Of a DNA stretch of 64,000 nucleotides, positions 52,498-64,000 are shown piece after piece. This DNA is from Iphione sp. A-MEVVRFRX5 (Eukaryota). A program made the translations under genes and the position numbers. The DNA lies in the NCBI GenBank assembly GCA_976226885.1, contig OZ320316.1, forward strand, positions 82,956,001 through 83,020,000, read 5' to 3'. The notes under the pieces were generated by a model, which saw nothing but the letters and a program-made list of their open reading frames with translations, ran no database searches and was not told the DNA's origin. Numbering within the stretch: position 1 is the stretch's first letter; the number at the start of each line of letters is the position of its first letter.

Positions 52498-52610
52498 CTA
52501 TGGATCCGCCATGAAGAACAACCCCTCGAACATACAGAATCAGAACATCACACACCTGCTGGATTCTCTTCTAGAGGGTTACAACCGCCATCTTAGGCCT
52601 GGGTTTGGTG
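52498..52610 (+). CDS. GABA-A receptor alpha/GRD/8916-like subunit, coding exon 2
   Basis: Acceptor ggtcttctag| with a pyrimidine tract upstream, donor |gtaagt. The 113 nt encode (S)YGSAMKNNPSNIQNQNITHLLDSLLEGYNRHLRPGFG(G). NITxLLDxLLxGYxxxLRPGFGG is typical of GABA-A alpha-like Cys-loop subunits. The exact subfamily cannot be resolved from this fragment, and the ORF track missed it. Confidence 0.88.
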
Positions 52611-55600
52611 GTAAGTGCTATTACTGATATTCTACAGAGTATGCGTATGAATAACTGAATATTTCAAAAGGTTATGGGGTAAACATTTGAGTGATTCGTG
52701 TAATGAAGTTATGCGGATTTCACTGCATCATTCTCTTCACTTTCTGTTTTCAATAAGAGAAGGGAAGATGGAATCTGATTCATCCAACTAACAGGCGAAA
52801 CGCAATATTAGCTCTCCGGATTTGAACTCCCTAATGCAGCTCAATGTACTGAAAAGTATTTTGATATCGTTCTGAATCCATTTACATCAAGCAAAACCAA
52901 TCTGTTTATTCAGTTTCCAAGAGAATAGGCACCCAGTGTGCTGAAGCTTAGCAGCATATTTGGGAACAGTGATTTAAGGCGCATTACTTGGACCCTGTCC
53001 AAAGTCGTAATGAAGTTAAAAACATACTGGAAAGTAATTACGGATCACGTGGTACGATATAATTAAACACAACTGCTGACACGCATTTGGGCCTGAATAT
53101 GTCGAATTAAATTCTAACACTAGGCAAGCCAACTGCTACATGGGTAAATCGAGTCGTCATCCTTCTGATGAGGTCTCCCATGAGGCGTTGCATTCAGTGC
53201 AGGCCCATTTCCGCATCGCCTTTGGGCCTGTCAGTCATCAGTCTCTCACAGGGCCGTACTGAAAACAACTTAGTGCTCCGACCCGTGCGACCCTTTTCAT
53301 TTCCACCAGGGACTCCGCCTTTGCCTAGAATTGAATTTTGTCGCCTGACCTCTGATCTCAATTACTAGGGCCAACAATATCGAAAGGGTGCGGTGCAGGC
53401 AAGGAGTTGATTCTGGAAGGGGGCATTTACAGACCATATAAAGCCACAGAGGTAGACCATGGCCGTTGCTAGTGGTTTCGTAATTTGTAGGCGGATAGCG
53501 GGCGATAAGATAATACTTGGTCTGCTCCGGCCGGACTCTTTCAGTGCATGACGCAGTAGGTTTACTGAGGCTGCCTGTTTCATGACGTGTTGTCCCCTTT
53601 CCCTTGTCATGGTGGAAAGGCTTGTCAACCGTATAGACCATTATACACAGAAGGAGATGTTCTGAGGCAAGTCGGTGCAATATTGGTCAGCCGTGGCAGG
53701 TAGAGATACGGGCGGGCCCCAATACAGCTGGTGGACGTGATAGCTTTTGCCATACCGTTCGAACTAAAACATACCATCACGACAGCGCAGCCATCCTGAC
53801 ACTAGAGTCTGTGCTCAGACCTTGTCCATCTGGTGCTGTTTCTTCCGTTGGTAACCCGGGTGCTAGTCACAGCTGTGTATTGGACTAGATGGAGACTGTC
53901 TGCCCCTTCGCCCACCACACCATAGTCCTTCCAACATCGTCAGCATCAAGGGACGTCAGGTCCCAGCGGTCAGGCCCCTAGACCTTATCTGCCCTCAACC
54001 AGGAGGCTCTAACAGTGACCAAAGATCCGTACATATCATTACCACATTCCACTCTCCCTGAGCATCATTTAGACGCTAACCCTCCAGTTGTGGGTATTTC
54101 AACGAAACTCTTGGCGTGGCCTGCCAAATAATCTTACAACTGCACGTGCATGGGGTCATTCAGAAAGAATATATGCAATGTAGATTTCGATGTTCATCGA
54201 TTTCAATGTATATGTATATTGCACATATAGCATAAGCGTCAACATATACAGATGCAGGTTATTCTCGGTAACTATGTAGAATTAGGACAGCTACAGCTGT
54301 TTCTTCTCGTGATATTGGTTTCTCCAGATAAGATTTTAACCGTTGCCACTTGACATTATCACAACATAAAACAAATCGCTAGCGCTCCAGTTGAATGCTG
54401 TAGCATGTTTAGTGGCAAATCTACAGCAGTGCAGATAATACGGCTGTTTCAAACAGTGAGCAACATTTGATGATAAAAATGGAAGGACCATTTCCTCTCC
54501 GTCCAAAAAAAGCCTTTGTACGCTAGGCTTCTCCTATAGAGCAGGTAGAGCAAAGCAGACAGCTGTATTTGCAAAGCAGCCTCTCTTGCTTCATAGTCCG
54601 CTGACCCAAAGTTGGTCCACCCTATCTCACAAACTGTACCACCCAAGACACACGCACACAGACAAATGACCCTTTTCAGCATTCCGTTTCTGTTCTCCTG
54701 AAAATCAGAGAACTACATAAGGTCCCTACGGGCCACTGTTCTTCCAAAATCGGGATACATTTATGATTAATTGAGAATGTCATTTACATTCTAACGATTC
54801 CCCGGTGAAAAATCTAACTGAACATCTGGTACATTTTATTAGGTTATTTTCATGGAAACAGCAAAGTAGTCATACTGTTTCGTGAGCTTGTATAATGTAA
54901 GTTCAAAGGCTCCCTGAGCAAAAGGAACAAATTGAGCTTTCCAAAGAATCGTTATTGCGCTTACGAGTGACTAAATATTTACCTACATCTAGATGTCTAC
55001 TCTACTAGTTTCAATTCATGTGGATAACCTTTAAATTGTGCGTACGCAATATAGATTCATTTACACGGAACATGGTGAAACTATATTCTCTGAGTAAGCA
55101 TTGATACGTAAAACTAAAAGTTCAGCTATAAATTCGGTTGAGATGAATATATTGATACATATCTTCATAGAGCTAACCAACTGCATGCATTGATTTGTAT
55201 ATACAATCTCTATATATTTAACATATGGATATGTATATGTACACATTTATGCAGGTTAAGAAACCACGGATCTTATTGCGCCTATTGCTACACATAATCT
55301 CTGCGTAAGAACCTCTGATTGCAACATTTCAGCAAGTAATGGGCAATCATCCTCTGTGTGCGTCGATCTCATCTTAGATAGTGCTACCTATAAAAATGCA
55401 TGATTAAGACGGGTACATCTGTGCCACTGGAATGGATTGAGACGTAGACGCCAGGACAAAAGGCTTATCTCAAGCGGGGTCATCCTCTAGTTGCCGTCCT
55501 CGGGATTCGTTTTCTGCCAACCAGCACTGTTACTAAAATGAAAGGCAGGAGATACTTTGTCACGGAGGAGAACAAAAGCACACAGCGGGTATCGGTTTTT

Positions 55601-58600
55601 ATCGCCTGCCTATTAGAAATGCGTCCCGGAGAGGACGCTACAGGGGGGCATGACGGGCCGTGATCGCTTCGGCGCTCAAGCCGTCGCATCCTATCGATCA
55701 CCACCAAACTGTGATGACGCATAAACATACACCTATGGTATATTATTGACTGGTAGCGAGGGCCTATGAGGACGCCGCGAGTGGCGGAACGGGAACATGT
55801 GTGTGGTGTCATATGGCACCAGTTAATTAGATGAATAGCTGACACTGTAGTTGCAGAGGCCATTTCTGCAACACTGGTGGCACTTTGCTAAATGGAAGAC
55901 GCCGGTAGGCGTGCCACGCAGATGAGCCTATGAGAACAATTCAAGCAAATTCTTCCACTCGAGAGATGATTATCCTCTCCCGCTTGTGAGACGTGCAAGG
56001 GAAAAGAAGACAAGCTCGGGTATTTCGTAATTTGTCTGCGGGAAGAACGAATTCAGCTAAACCAAAAACCTCAGGTTAATGAGCATGTGCAAGGCTGTAA
56101 ACAACGCGGCGGTGGTAAAAATGCGCAGAGGAGACTATCAATTTTGGATGCCTGCCGTAAAGGAACCCATCAACAGACTTTTCTTTACCACCGACGCCTT
56201 CCCAAAACGCAGGGCATTGTTCTGGAAAGGAACGCCATATTGGTATTTGGCGTTACGCTTACTTGGACGCAAAGAGGCGCTATCGCATTATGGCTCTCGG
56301 TCGTACACCCGCCTGCGTGTCGGCTAGGAATATTGTGGGGTGGCAGGAGGTAGGGCCGTGAACTGGTAGGATATTGGCCATAACCTGGCATGAGAGGCAG
56401 TAATACCCGGAAGCCATTTATCACAAGGCTTATTGGGTATGCAGATGCAGAGGTTAGAAACAGCACGGGCCACTCACTGGGCCCGTGACCTACCAGGCGT
56501 GTCGCACGAGGAGTCATGAGACGTCTCTCTATGGCTGAGCAATGAGCAAGCCGGCTATGCAACCGGTGTTTCTTATAAAAGGTCTGGCACACTAATACAT
56601 TTTTCGATGGCGAATTGGTGCTTATCTGGAGTGCAGACACTCGGCTCCGGCGATCAGAGGTAGTGACATAAATTGTGAGTTATCAGCAGGCTAAGAATCT
56701 ACTGCTTCAAACTCAGCGCATCGGCGGTCGTGATAATGTGGCAAATCGATCGACTCATAGCCCGGACTTTTACAAGTTGATGATACTTCATCTACGCTTA
56801 AGCATAGGACTGCCGGGATTTCCAGAACAAATTCAAACGCCAATATGAGGTCTGCAGCTTCGCCTCATTCTGTCCCTCAACAGAACCCTGCCTCCTTCGT
56901 GATAATGATCGTTGTCATGGAGCGGCGCCATGCGATAGTCTTGTAGAACGTACGCCGGTTCTTGCTAGCTAGATCTATGGGGCCTTGGTGCTCACACGGT
57001 AGCATCAGTGGCCACGTGTCGCTGGCCTTCAGGGTCAACTAAAACAAACATTCCTCCTCACCTGAGAAGATATGAAAGTAGATTTGCCATAAGGCTGATA
57101 CACCCAACGCCAAGTACAACAAACACCAAGCGACAGGAATAGGAACGCAGACAGAGTAGACCTAAATTTCAGGAAGAAATTTATCTTCGGAATAAAAAAT
57201 AGCACAAATACAAAAACGTCTTGCTGCTTTTAAGACGACTCTCTGGCTTCTTGACTACTTTCCAGGTAGAATTTTATCCATTTTTCTCTTGTTGTTTGAT
57301 CTGCGCCTCACTCCGATGGGCCGCATTATATCAAAGCATCGTTTGAAGGAGTTGTGACATTTTCCCTTCCAGCTTAGTGCCTAAGATGATTCTAATATGG
57401 AATTTTGTTTACTATCCTAGAAAGACCAACAGATTGATGTAAGCGTTATTCGAAACGAGAAAATAAGTCTTTTTCACAATTCTTTTGTTGGCGTGTAATA
57501 TACATTTATTGTCAATTAGGAGGAACAAAGTTCTAAAACTACAATACAGTTCGCACATATTTATACTTGATAAAACTGCCTAACTGTCTATCCGATGGTC
57601 GCAGCGTATGATTAACAGAGAAGTCCAGACCGGTTCTCATGAATACTTAACCAGTGATAGATAAGGTGCTGAGATCTGACTGTTGTAACTCACTGCTTTA
57701 TGGTACCTGTTCTGGCTGTGTTGACACTTCGAAGGTCAAATGCCATTTCCTAATGATATGGCAGTCATTAACCATGCATTTCTTTTCAGATTTACGCCTT
57801 ACTGGTCTGTCAGCTATTGAATTTAATGTTCACCTTTAGGATCTTTCTTGTGTCTACAGTAATGTCCGTTCAGTAAATGGCCAACTCCAAAAAGAATTAG
57901 TTGTTGGTTCTTTGATGGTACCCTGGTCTGGACGCGTTTCCAAAGAGATGCCATGTCGCACTCAGTATCCGCCATCATTTGTCCTATTGCTTGATATATC
58001 TGCAGGAACAACAGCAGTAGCGTAAGGCACGCTCAAGGGGGCGACGTCAGTGTCACCTATCTGTCATGGTGGACGTCAGGAGTCTTCCATAAACCGGAAG
58101 TGCCATAGAGCAGCACTAAAGCCCGACGGGATAGCCAATAAATTATGCAGGCGCGCACTTATAGCAAGGATACCTCCTCACACTGCTGTTGCCGGGGACC
58201 TTGTGCAGCTTAAGTGCTGTCTTTATATGGGTTTCTGGTCGCAAGGAAGCCACAGCTTTAATAACAAGCATCTCGACGAATTGACAACGAGTGGGTTTTC
58301 AATGTGTGCCTGGTCTGCCTCAAAGGAGCCACTTCCAGAGAGCGATCTCGGCCAAGGGGTGATAGGGACACTGGGATTCGAGATGATGTGCGGTCAAATG
58401 TGAATCTGACAATGACTTTCGCCAAGGATTGGCAGATGAACGTTACAGTGGTAGAATCTGAAGAAGCCATCGCCGCCTTAGAAGAGGAAAAAAAATAAGC
58501 GGAAGTTGAAGAAGAAGAAAAACATGAAGAGGAGAGAAGACGGCAAGATGGGACGCAATGGTAGCTCTTGGCGCTGGCTTGAGTTAGCGGCTGTCAGCGG

Positions 58601-61600
58601 CTTGGACACGTCCGACAGGCCGACCCTCATTATATAAGCGCCCGGCGTGTATCATTAGGCATGGCGGCCCAGAACTCGGCACCGGACAGCGAGGTGCTCC
58701 TGATGTTGATCGACAAATATCGCTTTAAGTTACCCTAGGTCAATATAACCCAAGAGCACTCCTCCTATATCACTGATAGTATTCCCTCTCCAGACACTCG
58801 TCTACTTGCCAACCAAATTAAAATGACACCAGCTACTAGAGCAATTAGTTTACTCAGCATGAGTCTCTGTGCAGAAAGGAAGCTTTGAAAGGAAGGGCAA
58901 CATTTGAAGAAGACACACTAATGTACGCTTGTCACGAATGCGGAAAATATTCTGACCTTGTACAGATGACTTCTGAAGTAACAAGGCTATTTCTTCATTG
59001 CTTTGCTGGTTTTCTTTTTATTAAAGAACACAGAAAGCTGATGTACCAGAATTATATTGAACATTTAGTTGTTTTGATTTAAAAGAAGTAGTCTTTTTCT
59101 CGGTTGAACATTTTTTCATTTTTTTTATAGGGCATCTTCAATTTGATTCCACAAGGAAAGTCGTTGACCATAATTGATAAACTGTTCGCCTAATCCTACC
59201 GCAAGACGCCATCTTTACATGACTAGGGTTCTGCTCCCATGCAATCCCTTAATCCCAATCTGTGATCCATTTGTCTATATGAAAATGGCCTAGGGATTAT
59301 CTACGGTCCTTGTTAGATCTTTCCGATCATTGTGCGTCAACTAATGAATGAAATCACAAAACAGTGTAGCCTCTGATTGGACGAGAGGAGAAAGCACTTG
59401 GAGCATTGTGTATTATTAGAGTCAATAGAACAGACGTGAACCAGTAGATTACATTTAGATAGGTAAAACAGACGTCACTTACTATATTTTGACCAAGAAA
59501 CAAAGCTGCATGCAGGCAGTTGATATGCATTTCTTACAGTTACGTCTTCATGCTGAAGCCATAAGCTAAGATATATGACAAAAATATATTTTTAATTGTG
59601 ATTTTAATGGTACACTCGTTACGTTGTGTCAACAATATCAAAGGGGTGTACACATACGCATATTTGCTATTATTCCATCCCCTCCATTCACTGTTTTACA
59701 TATATACCACCCCAAAAAATACCCTCTCGTAATTTTTGCGCATCGTAAGGTATATATGTGGATTTTTAAATGCCAGTTTGCGTAAGAGTGTTCCATATTA
59801 TAGTTCGACGAGTAAGATCCTAACAGGTCTCGTACGCTTCAACTTGTATTGTCACTATATTCTTGCCTGGTCTGAAAGGCACTACCACCAAATGCTACAG
59901 TCGATTAATTCTTGCCCGCGTGGCGTTTCCTTTATGGCTTAATGAGAGCATAAAGGCAGTGAGAAGGTGTAGAGCCACTGGCTGCAATGGCTGTAGTGAG
60001 GACGTTGGCGGCGGCGACAGCATGGTCGCTATGTATAATGCACCGGGACCACGAACGCGTGAAGCGTAATGACGGGAGGCGAAGCGGAAGGGTGTGATCG
60101 CCAATGGAGTATATTCAGCCTGGCACCAAGCGCCTTGTCACCGTGACGTCAAATAACTTACATACTTTCATTCATTATGGAATTTCATAGAGCAGTCCTG
60201 GATTCTTAAGGGTAATCGGTGGAGACGCAGACGAGACACTAGAGGACTCTTTCTCCGGCTGAAAAGTTATTTTCCAGCGATGAACCGGAAATATGCACAC
60301 TTGTAGTCCTAGGAGCCGGCCTTCGGATCTCTGTATCTCACAATTATTGATTTGACTTGAAACTCTGAATTGTTTGGATGCGAATCTTGTGGAAAGAACA
60401 GATTACGCGTCGGGTACGCTATAAGGTTATTTCAGTCATAAAGTGACCTATCTAAATGTGAACAGGACAAGCGTCTTCTTCTTGACTACCGAACCGACGA
60501 TTTCCAATTATATGTCTCTGCAAACAGTGCAAGAACATGTAACGTCGCGATCTACATTTAGACGAAATAGGGGTGTCTCGTGTGTGTGTAGTAGGCGTCT
60601 TCTGCTGAACAATGGAAGGGTATTACTATTGAGTGCTCAATAGTTCGAAGTCCGTGGTCGGAGGAATTGACGAAATCGTTTATTGTTCAACTGGGGCGTA
60701 CGTTATGTCACACGACAGGGCTTGAGGCGACGCACTGCTGTATGCAGTATTGCTTTAGGACTAGTAGACGAAGAAATCATATCCGTCTTTATCCCACTTT
60801 CCATTTGAAAATTAATACATATGTTTGTGTTATATATAGAGGTTTCATTGGAACATTTGGCTTTATCGTAGCTACAGATAAAGCAAGCATGAACTCGGTA
60901 TAGAACTATGCAAACGGCTAGCGAGGTTAAGGTCACTCATTGGTATTGTGTCATATTCTCAGGATCACTTATGACAGAGGAGCATCAGATTTCAAACATC
61001 ACATCAAGCTAGGGGGATGCCATTCATAGAACACGATATCCATCTGAATACTGTTGATAAAACATATAGCCAATTGATCTGGGTACTCTTGCAATAAAGG
61101 TAGATTACGCACGACTTACACAGTCAATATTAAATCCTTAATGACTGTACATATGTACCCACTACCTAAAGTCAGACTGGATATGAAAATGAAGCTCTCG
61201 ACCATGTGCTGTAAAGACATTTGTTTAGATTCAGAATATTGTGTACGCGATTACTTTTTCTGTTAGGTCTTAAAATCGATATATTTGATATCAAGAAGTT
61301 CCGATGTACAAGAGCGAATGCAGTTGTAACATGTCCTCTCAGTATATAATATATGTACACGTATATATATATGCACGTTTTACACTTTTAATGATCGATT
61401 CCTTTTATCATGGAAGCAACTGTTTCGTATTAACATCTAGTCTCTCACTTTTCCATTCAAGCGAATATTTGATGTTAGGTTAGTAAATGGGCGAAAGAGT
61501 ACAAGTATGAGTATGAAAATGAAAGAGTGGCGATTATTGATACTATAAAGGTTTATATGAAAAGGTTAAAAACGCACTGGGAGACTTCGTATTCATAATT

Positions 61601-64000
61601 ATATTATAGTTGTAATACTGCGAATATCAATGCAGCTGTCAATATTTTAGCAGCATTGTCGATAGAGGGAAAGCACGATACAGTGCCCAAAAGAAAGGAC
61701 GCATATAATTTACGACTATAACACTATACACATACTCATAATAATCACAAAACCGTCCCTACTAACATACATGTACATGACAGCCTCGCCCAAAAGACCA
61801 ACTTGTTTTCACGGTTTGATGTGTACGTATGCTATAACCTGTTTTGTTTTTCGTGTCACAACAGACTAACAACATTCTCTTTCTACGATTATTTTGGGCG
61901 GCTGTGTATGTTTTATTCACGAGCAAAGGGCACCGCTGGTTGGTGCAAGGAAGAGGAAAGAAGATCAGATCGGCCAGGTGAACACTATATTCGTCGGTCG
62001 TAGAAGCATTACGGGTCGCCGACAAATTCTATAATAAGGATGATGTGATTGTGCTTATGAGACAGTCTGGGAACGCGACAGTATCTGACTACAAAGCACC
62101 GTGCGTATCTTGCCGACCATGCAGGGTGATTTATCCAAACTGTCGTCGGGGGCCCCCACCTGACACGGGATGACCCTTGATTTGATGAGACTCCCCTCGG
62201 ACAGAATTGCCCCAAATAAATCAAACCACCCGGCGACACACGACCATCCCACCACCGAAACAGGGGTGCAACGTAAGCTGACCGCCTGATAGGCAGGCAA
62301 TCTAGAAAGAGTGAAATGGCCGCAATGCTACATATTAGCAGGCTGAGCCGGTGGCCATTAGGTCGGGACGGGTAAGTGGCTTCCTGATTCGGCCAACGGT
62401 CATCAAGCTACAAAATCACACTGACCGCTGGCTATGTGCACACAATATTGGGACTGATCTCACCATCCAGGCTACCAAGCTTCTCCTTTCGAAAAGCTAT
62501 GGTTGAAAACGTATTCCGTGACCGGGTCAAAATTGGCCATCGGATGCAAACCTCCAAGGGCAATGAAACTACCTAATTTAGGGCATCGGTTAGGTTCGGT
62601 ACAAACGCGCCTTCTAATCGATGGGACTCTTCAGAAGGATATCCGCATAAATGTTCACTCATCCTTTTACTTCTTGATAACATCAAGCCCTAGCACATTT
62701 CAAACGTTTCTGGTATTTTGATGCTAACGTCAGGGTCGTCAGGGTCTTCTCAGCTTGGCAAGACCTCCCCATAGGTAGAGACCTCAGGCCATAGGAATTG
62801 GCTGACAAGCCAATGGTTCGTGCTAGTATCTTGGTGGAAAGATAAAAAGCATGAAGAACATGTTCAATGTACCAAAACAAACTGGCAGATTCGATTAAAC
62901 ATGATATTTCGTGAGTGAGGGTGTCAGGCAATGCAGTGGAAGTACTGCAGTGAAAGGTCACAGAGCCACTGCCTTTGCAAATCTTCAGGAGTGCAACCTT
63001 TCGCCTCCAGCGGTGGTCATTTGAAAGTAATCTAACGAACCTTGTTTGTGAGATGGTTATCGATGACAAGTCGAAACTGTAGTAGCAGTCATAACAACAG
63101 CGGCACCAACAGGCGAATGTGATTAGCACTCGAAAAAGGATTTTCAAAGGGGAAGATTGATGAGAAATAGGAAGGGCTGGATGTAAAACGACTTAGGCGC
63201 TCGGAGCAACCTTCAACGCAAATAAACATATTTCAGAGGAGCAGTGTATCTCACCGTTTTATTACACGTGATTACCATTAGTTTCACATCAACATTCCCT
63301 GTCAGTCGTTGCATTCACGCGACCTTTCAGTTTGGATAAAAATACTTTTGTAATTCAAACCAATTACTCCTGCTCAATATTGCATTATATACACTTGTTT
63401 CTTTTGCCACCTTAGCTCCTTAAGGCAAGCGCTGGCGATACATCTAGCTGATCGTCAGAAACGTTTCGCCAGCTGCAATCAGTAATACATCCAGAGATGC
63501 TATCATAGCAGATTTACTAGACTGTACAAGGTAATGTAGAATATTCGATGCCCTCCATCATACTCGGAATGGGTGAATTTCCGTCATCTGTTCCCCAAAT
63601 CTGTGCCGAAATAGAGCTGTATGATCCGTCCTGATCCGTTCACCTGTGGGAATCCCTGGCGCTCCCTCTTTATCCCTACCCTACCCGGGTATTGATATAT
63701 GCACGGCTCCGTGCATGTTTTCCATTACTTTGCCAATATAGGCAGACAGTGTAGCTTAGCGCAGCCCAGCCGTCTATGTTGAGAAAACTCAATAGCAAAC
63801 TTACAGTGCCCTTGCCCCTCTTCCGGTCGGGCGAGATCCACTCCCTCCTGTCCGGTCTTCGCAATGCAGCAGTTCTGAAACCCTGATACAGCAGCACGAG
63901 GATTTACTAGAGCAGCTCTGCGTATTGAAAACATTGCTGCATTTTCCGGGTGGAGGCTCATTCATCACGGAAAGATTGAATTCTTAACAAAATGAAAATG

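Noticed and set aside
53205-53260. FGPVS, like vertebrate GABRA exon 3 (SFGPVSD)
   Set aside because: The flanking residues and splice sites do not fit, so this is a chance match.
56939-57000. RSMGP, matching the expected third exon of a GRD/8916-like gene
   Set aside because: There is an in-frame TAG just upstream, the following residues (WCSHG) do not match ISExDM, and no phase-0 donor gives a ~68-nt exon.
62683-63147. 154-aa minus-strand ORF
   Set aside because: It has no recognisable motif, lies antisense within the alpha-like intron, and has a random-looking Cys/Ser-rich composition.

Overview
This is metazoan genomic DNA from a draft assembly (134-N gap at 42398-42531), most likely an invertebrate. 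I see no prokaryotic operon, CRISPR array or rRNA gene. The only well-supported host genes are the 5' ends of two Cys-loop GABA-A-type receptor subunits arranged head-to-head. The minus-strand gene is a beta/LCCH3-type subunit with coding exons at 31746-31801, 31347-31441 and 26126-26193; I did not find its next exon in the window. The plus-strand gene is an alpha/GRD/8916-like subunit with coding exons at 50180-50295 and 52498-52610. The ~18 kb between their start codons holds a dense island of decayed mobile DNA: a GA-rich foldback element, a 52-bp minisatellite, a tRNA-like SINE head, a near-full-length CR1/L2-group LINE, a TIR MITE spanning the gap, and a tyrosine-recombinase retroelement of the Ngaro/PAT type with the full A1...B1-A2-B2 split direct repeats. 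The long introns contain a Harbinger-type MITE and many short protein-looking blocks with isolated motifs (kinase, P-loop, protease-like) that never form a complete domain. I report these as low-confidence oddities; they could be chance, ancient relics or non-native sequence. I found no convincing novel multi-gene system. The best leads are the divergent GABA receptor pair, the Ngaro element and the mosaic character of the intronic DNA.
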